Origin: a virus
Direction: 5' to 3' (one strand)
IMG/VR virus record: IMGVR_UViG_3300011335_000546
DNA: 38,198 nucleotides
Positions 34,310 through 38,198 of the stretch are shown piece after piece. Position 1 is the stretch's first letter, and each line of letters opens with the position of its first letter. The position numbers were made by a program, and so were the translations under genes. The notes below the pieces were generated by a model. It had not been told where the DNA came from. It made no database searches and was given only the letters and a program-made list of their open reading frames with translations.

Positions 34310-34567
34310 ATGCTACAAACAATTAATGGGTTCGACTTCCTGCTAGTGCTGATCATAGCGGGAATGTACCTCAAGATATACAAACTCGATCGTGAGTGTG
34401 AGTCCTACGTAGAACAGATCATAGACATCGCTAGAGATAACTATGAACTAAGTCAACTCAAGTACCCACATATGCCCGAGCCACCCTCCGATCACTACAT
34501 ATACGGAGATACGTGCAACTACTGCTTAGAAATAAGCGGGTTCGCTTGCACTTGTGTACCTTTCTAG
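34310..34567 (+). CDS. Small membrane protein (85 aa) with C-terminal Cys motif
   Basis: Hydrophobic FDFLLVLIIAGMYL. Contains CNYC...CTC. AAAGGAGAA lies upstream. Confidence 0.55.
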   Translation: MLQTINGFDFLLVLIIAGMYLKIYKLDRECESYVEQIIDIARDNYELSQLKYPHMPEPPSDHYIYGDTCNYCLEISGFACTCVPF

Positions 34568-34578
34568 GTTCTCTAGTG

Positions 34579-34610
34579 ACGACCACCCCGACTTCGCGTG
34601 GTGTGGTCGT
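34579..34610 (+). promoter_or_regulatory. Intergenic stem-loop
   Basis: ACGACCAC (34579-34586) pairs with GTGGTCGT (34603-34610), with additional inner pairs. Confidence 0.55.
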
Positions 34611-34659
34611 TGCTATGGATTCTAGGTGGATCCAGTCAGTCACAGAACAGGAGAACATT

Positions 34660-35259
34660 ATGACTGATCTAAGTACGTACGGGGACGAAGAGAAACTATC
34701 CAGTATTCTCGATGTCCTAAAGCAAGCAGGTCTCTTTGGTGAGATCGTCTCAGTCAAGTCGCTAGTAAATGACGATGACTTAGACACAGAAGATGAGGAC
34801 TGGGTAGATGTCCAAACCAAGTACGGTCACGACACAAATGACTACGTATTTAGTGATCACTCAGAGAACAGAGCAGGGACTATCTCGCTAGAGACAGAGC
34901 CAGTATCAGGGCACGACTGGGTGGGTCCAACCACCAAGACGGGTCGAATGATATACGTAGCAACTGGTACTAAGGCTACGTGTGGACGCAAGGAAGCCGA
35001 CTGCTTTGACATTGAGTGCAAGCACGTTCCTATCCTTGAGTTAGAGGAAGAGATACGTCACGAGTTCAAGCAGGACTGGAACTCTATGGCTGACAGACCA
35101 ACTGAGAATTTCTTTCTCGGACTACCTGGTCTTAGGTACGTAGAGATAGACCAGCAATACTTCACTCGTCTCAACACAGTGTGCAGTGAATGCAATCTCT
35201 ACACACCATCACGACTTGAACTATGTCAGAACTGCGACAGAGTTTTAGTATCCAAATAA
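34660..35259 (+). CDS. Acidic early protein (199 aa) with C-terminal CxxC...CxxC zinc ribbon
   Basis: AGGAGA lies 6 nt before ATG 34660 (MTDLSTYGDEEK...). Contains CSECNLYTPSRLELCQNC. The ORF-track start at 34513 overlaps the previous gene and the hairpin. Confidence 0.6.
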   Translation: MTDLSTYGDEEKLSSILDVLKQAGLFGEIVSVKSLVNDDDLDTEDEDWVDVQTKYGHDTNDYVFSDHSENRAGTISLETEPVSGHDWVGPTTKTGRMIYVATGTKATCGRKEADCFDIECKHVPILELEEEIRHEFKQDWNSMADRPTENFFLGLPGLRYVEIDQQYFTRLNTVCSECNLYTPSRLELCQNCDRVLVSK

Positions 35260-35264
35260 AAATA

Positions 35265-35298
35265 GGCTTACGCCCCCACTTTGTGGGGGGCGTAAGCC
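35265..35298. terminator. Very strong 15-bp hairpin whose U-tract is on the - strand side
   Basis: GGCTTACGCCCCCAC / GTGGGGGGCGTAAGCC with a 1-nt bulge. Preceded on + by AAATAAAAATA, which reads TATTTTTATTT after the stem on the - strand. Confidence 0.6.
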
Positions 35299-35325
35299 AC
35301 TCAACAGATAACGAAGGAGCAAGGA

Positions 35326-35652
35326 ATGAACAACGAACTAACAGTGACAGGTAAGTTGAAGAACATCAAGGAGTTCGATCAGTACGGCTTGATGATAGTA
35401 GCACAGTTAACCCAGAAAGTTGGGAGCGAGCGAGCAAAGTTCACAATTCCAGTAGCCTGCTTTGACGAAAGTCTAGCATCAACACTACGAGGATTGCGTG
35501 AAATGCAAGACGGACTAGGCTTCACACCAGTAGTGAATATCATAGGTGAATTAGACACCAAGTTTGATGTTCGCCAAGGCGTTGAGTTGAGTGACCGTAA
35601 GCCACCATTGACTCGTGTGCTTATCAAGTCCGTAGAACTAGCGGAAGTCTAG
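35326..35652 (+). CDS. Possible OB-fold ssDNA-binding-like protein (108 aa)
   Basis: LTVTGKL...IVAQL...IPVACF...VVNIIGEL...VLIKSVEL strand pattern resembles short SSB/PriB-type OB folds. Weak call. Confidence 0.3.
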   Translation: MNNELTVTGKLKNIKEFDQYGLMIVAQLTQKVGSERAKFTIPVACFDESLASTLRGLREMQDGLGFTPVVNIIGELDTKFDVRQGVELSDRKPPLTRVLIKSVELAEV

Positions 35653-35659
35653 ATGAACC

Positions 35660-35695
35660 GAGAGAGGTGTGGGGCATACGCCCTGCACCTCTCTC
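35660..35695 (+). terminator. Long stem-loop (about 16 bp) marking the end of the GC-rich early block
   Basis: GAGAGAGGTG (35660-35669) pairs with CACCTCTCTC (35686-35695), with inner GGGC-ATAC-GCCC. Followed by TCCTTCC, so there is no clean U-tract. Confidence 0.5.
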
Positions 35696-35915
35696 TCCTT
35701 CCGAAGGGGTAGATTCCAAGGTGTTTACTAAGTTCGTAGACAACAATGCTATTACTAAGTGCGATCATATCTATAGCCCTGAATGTAGTAGCTGTGGAGA
35801 AGACAACACATATAGATGGATTAGTTGTACAAGATATAAGAAAGACTGTCCAGATCTTGCATGTATTACATGTGGAGAAATAGAAATAACAACCGAGAGG
35901 AAATACAATGGGTAA
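35667..35915 (+). CDS. Cys-rich small protein (up to 82 aa); start uncertain
   Basis: Contains CDH...CSSC...CTRYKKDC...CITC. The annotated GTG 35667 lies inside the hairpin, and GTG 35720 is an alternative. Confidence 0.45.
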   Translation: MWGIRPAPLSPSEGVDSKVFTKFVDNNAITKCDHIYSPECSSCGEDNTYRWISCTRYKKDCPDLACITCGEIEITTERKYNG

Positions 35916-36477
35916 GGTAAAAGAGATAGAGCTAGGCGAACTAAACGAGGTACACTTAGCAACTGTTAAAAGTGTATACGCACTACTAGCATTCTTGCTA
36001 GATGAAGATGCTAACTATGAAGCATTAACAATCGAAGATCTAGAACTAATTCATTTAGCTAGTAGCAACGTCAAGATTCGTGATGGTGTATTGAAATACT
36101 TTAGTGATGCACCATTAGATATCCGAGCAGACCTAATGAAATCACTAACAATTATCACCCAGATAATGGTTGATAGAGCAGATGATGATGACCTAAATCT
36201 AGAAGCAGTTGGTTACACAACCATGCTATTAGCAGCATTCTTACTATGCCATGCAGGCATTAAGCAAGACGCTGATGAAGATCGTAATCTAACTACTGAA
36301 TTAAAGTTAGTTGATAAGTTACTAGAACAATCAGAAGAACTAGGTTGCCAAGCTAGCCTACTAATGCTACTTCAATTAGCACGTAGACATGAAGTACCAC
36401 CAAGGATCTTCTATGAATCATTAGCAGCAGTATCGTTTCACAAAGTAACAGATCCAACAGGACATGAAGATGAGTAG
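35908..36477 (+). CDS. Acidic hypothetical protein (189 aa)
   Basis: ATG overlaps the previous gene. Asp/Glu-rich helical sequence. Confidence 0.55.
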   Translation: MGKVKEIELGELNEVHLATVKSVYALLAFLLDEDANYEALTIEDLELIHLASSNVKIRDGVLKYFSDAPLDIRADLMKSLTIITQIMVDRADDDDLNLEAVGYTTMLLAAFLLCHAGIKQDADEDRNLTTELKLVDKLLEQSEELGCQASLLMLLQLARRHEVPPRIFYESLAAVSFHKVTDPTGHEDE

Positions 36478-36577
36478 AAGATTATCCGTAATAACAAAAG
36501 GTCCTAAAGAAATAAAGCGAGCAAGAAAGTATGCTCATACAGCTAAAAAAGCTAAAAAAATCAGAGCAAAAAAATGA
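36470..36577 (+). CDS. Basic micro-protein (35 aa)
   Basis: Hand translation MSRRLSVITKGPKEIKRARKYAHTAKKAKKIRAKK. Overlaps both neighbours. Confidence 0.35.
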   Translation: MSRRLSVITKGPKEIKRARKYAHTAKKAKKIRAKK

Positions 36578-36717
36578 TTATGGCTGAAGCTGTATGCAAT
36601 AGGTGCGACACAATTGTTGAGTTTCACCACGTAACAGTAGGCTATTGGGCTTACTGTCCACATCACGATGAAGATCTATTTAAATTCGAGTGCAGATTGG
36701 TAGTATGGAATGATTAA
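36574..36717 (+). CDS. Small zinc-ribbon-like protein (47 aa)
   Basis: Hand translation MIMAEAVCNRCDTIVEFHHVTVGYWAYCPHHDEDLFKFECRLVVWND. ATGA overlap at 36574-36577. Confidence 0.45.
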   Translation: MIMAEAVCNRCDTIVEFHHVTVGYWAYCPHHDEDLFKFECRLVVWND

Positions 36718-37111
36718 AACAAGCAGTGGTACGGTATACCACACACAGCAAGAACTTAACGACAAGATCAATGAAGTTATGGAAGATGGTTACAAAATTA
36801 CTAATGCCATTATTGAAAAAGCAAGAGATCAAGATTGGTGTGAAGAGTACGACGAGTGGGCAGAGTACGTAAATAAAAGTCTTAAGTACTTTGAAATACC
36901 ACTAATGCGTACAGAATGGACAGTTACATACACTATTCAACGTGTACAAACAGCAGAAGTAACAGTAGAAGTAGTAGCAAGAGACGAATATGATGCAGAA
37001 AATCAAGCTGAAGATATGTATTCCGTCTCTGATTTAGTTGATAAAACAGATGATAGAGACTGGACTACAACAGATGAAACAATTGAAGAAACAAAAGCAC
37101 GGGAGGTCTAA
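36710..37111 (+). CDS. Strongly acidic hypothetical protein (133 aa)
   Basis: Asp/Glu-rich (DEYDAENQAEDMYSVSDLVDKTDDRDWTTTDETIEE). Confidence 0.55.
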   Translation: MIKTSSGTVYHTQQELNDKINEVMEDGYKITNAIIEKARDQDWCEEYDEWAEYVNKSLKYFEIPLMRTEWTVTYTIQRVQTAEVTVEVVARDEYDAENQAEDMYSVSDLVDKTDDRDWTTTDETIEETKAREV

Positions 37112-37428
37112 TGGGAATCAAGGAAGAACCGTGGTTTGAACACCCATTTGATTGGTACGAGAAAGAAAACTATCCAGAAATTGTAGGCATACAACTAACA
37201 GAAGGTGTCGCACTGGATTTTCTTCAAGCACTATATCAAATATACAAACTACTAGAACGCAATGACAACAAGAAAGCAATGGCAGATGCAGAAGAACTAG
37301 CAGTACTGCTATTAGCTAGTGCATTTAATTATGCAGAAGAAGCAATGGACGAACTAGTTATCAAAGAAGTAGGAAGTATGGACATAGACGCTGCATTTGC
37401 AGAGATGGTAGAGGAACAGAATGGCTAA
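37111..37428 (+). CDS. Strongly acidic hypothetical protein (105 aa)
   Basis: TAATG overlap. Glu/Asp-rich helical sequence. Confidence 0.55.
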   Translation: MGIKEEPWFEHPFDWYEKENYPEIVGIQLTEGVALDFLQALYQIYKLLERNDNKKAMADAEELAVLLLASAFNYAEEAMDELVIKEVGSMDIDAAFAEMVEEQNG

Positions 37429-38198
37429 TCAAAATCCATTTAGTATTATAGGTACACACTGTGAGTACGAAGTTAACACAGCACACGACCTAATGGAACA
37501 AGCAAAACTCAATTGGAATGTAACACTAGAATCTATTTACATTAATCCATACGAGCAGATTGAAGTACCTGATAGGTATGCAACAGTCAAATGGTTAGCA
37601 GGAGAAGCAAACCCACTAGCAGTAGTAGGTTCACGATACAAAGTAATGCAGAACAGTGAGATCTTTTCATGCCTTGACGACATCGTTAGTAATAGCGATG
37701 CACGTTACGGTGCAGCAGGAGAACTTAAAGGTGGCAACGTAGTATGGGCAACCATTGAACTACCAGCTAACATCACAGTTGGAGATGATCCACACAATGC
37801 ATATGTAATCGCACGTACATCACATGATGGTAGTACACCATTCCAGATGACACCAGTTATCAACCGATTGAACTGTACTAATCAGATCAATGCAGCCATG
37901 ATGAGTGGTAAGAAGAAAGGCATCTACTACCGTGTTAAGCATAGCCCAAACAGTAGTATAAATGTAAATGAAATCAGAGAAGCATTCAAGATTATGAATG
38001 AAGATGTTCAGAAATATGCAACAGTATCTTCATACCTACGTTCAATTGAATTCAGTAACGAAGAGTTCAAGAACTTTATCAAGCGAGTGTATCCATTACC
38101 AAGCAAGGTAGAGTTCTCACCTTATGACATGCTCAGTGCAGGTGAACGTACAGCTAAGACAAGAGCAGACCACAGTAGAGGTGTTGCATGGAACGTAT
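37421..38198 (+). CDS. DUF932-family protein, N-terminal part (continues at 1..315)
   Basis: ATG 37421 overlaps the previous stop (ATGGCTAA). Hand translation MANQNPFSIIG...VVGSRYKVMQN...VIARTSHDGSTPFQMTPVINRLNCTNQI fits the DUF932 pattern. The frame is open to the window end. Confidence 0.7.
   Translation, partial: MANQNPFSIIGTHCEYEVNTAHDLMEQAKLNWNVTLESIYINPYEQIEVPDRYATVKWLAGEANPLAVVGSRYKVMQNSEIFSCLDDIVSNSDARYGAAGELKGGNVVWATIELPANITVGDDPHNAYVIARTSHDGSTPFQMTPVINRLNCTNQINAAMMSGKKKGIYYRVKHSPNSSINVNEIREAFKIMNEDVQKYATVSSYLRSIEFSNEEFKNFIKRVYPLPSKVEFSPYDMLSAGERTAKTRADHSRGVAWNV
38072..38198. repeat. Terminal direct repeat, identical to 1..127
   Basis: Exact identity read directly. Confidence 0.95.

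Noticed and set aside
33882-34820. Three antisense ORFs (81, 118 and 120 aa) on the - strand of the GC-rich early block
   Set aside because: Arg/Ser-rich low-complexity products typical of the antisense of GC-rich coding sequence, with no RBS. The + strand genes have strong AGGAG sites and sensible products.
35653-35712. 19-codon ORF (MNRERCGAYALHLSLLPKG) starting right after the SSB-like gene stop
   Set aside because: It is composed entirely of the two arms of the 35660-35695 hairpin, so it is most likely a by-product of the palindrome.

Overview
The window is a complete dsDNA phage genome closed on itself. Bases 1-127 are identical to 38072-38198, so the unique length is 38,071 bp, and the DUF932-family gene starting at 37421 continues in phase into 1-315. 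Two divergent transcription units leave a ~570-bp palindrome-dense non-coding control region (33190-33757) and meet again at a hairpin terminator (7378-7427). The rightward (+) unit begins with small early genes separated by strong stem-loops (33758-35915), then acidic and zinc-ribbon small proteins and DUF932. It continues with a replication/recombination module: a Cas4-like PD-(D/E)XK nuclease encoded as two ORFs, a RecA-fold DnaB-like ATPase, an Hjc-like resolvase, a DnaG-type primase encoded in two overlapping frames, a DUF1599/MazG-like protein and a metallophosphoesterase. It ends in a sigma-70/ECF-like factor. The leftward (-) unit spans 25.7 kb, with most gene starts overlapping or abutting the previous stop. 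In order it encodes a terminase large subunit with an N-terminal HTH extension (no separate small subunit seen), the portal, and an HslV/proteasome-beta-like Ntn threonine peptidase sitting where a prohead protease normally sits. Then come a Pro-rich 133-aa protein, a 1722-aa protein with no recognisable domain, three more unknown proteins, scaffold, HK97-type major capsid protein and eight micro-ORFs (33-88 aa). Next is an 895-aa Lys-rich protein whose last ~190 aa look like a SLOG/DprA-type Rossmannoid domain, followed by fibre/tail proteins (one glycine-rich), holin and M23 endolysin. I recognised no integrase, repressor, tRNA, CRISPR array, DNA polymerase, tail tube/sheath or tape-measure chaperone pair, so a virulent, probably short-tailed phage is the most economical reading. 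Gene content and the lack of spanins are reminiscent of phages of Gram-positive/actinobacterial hosts, but the host cannot be assigned from sequence. All functional calls rest on motifs read by eye, not on database searches.
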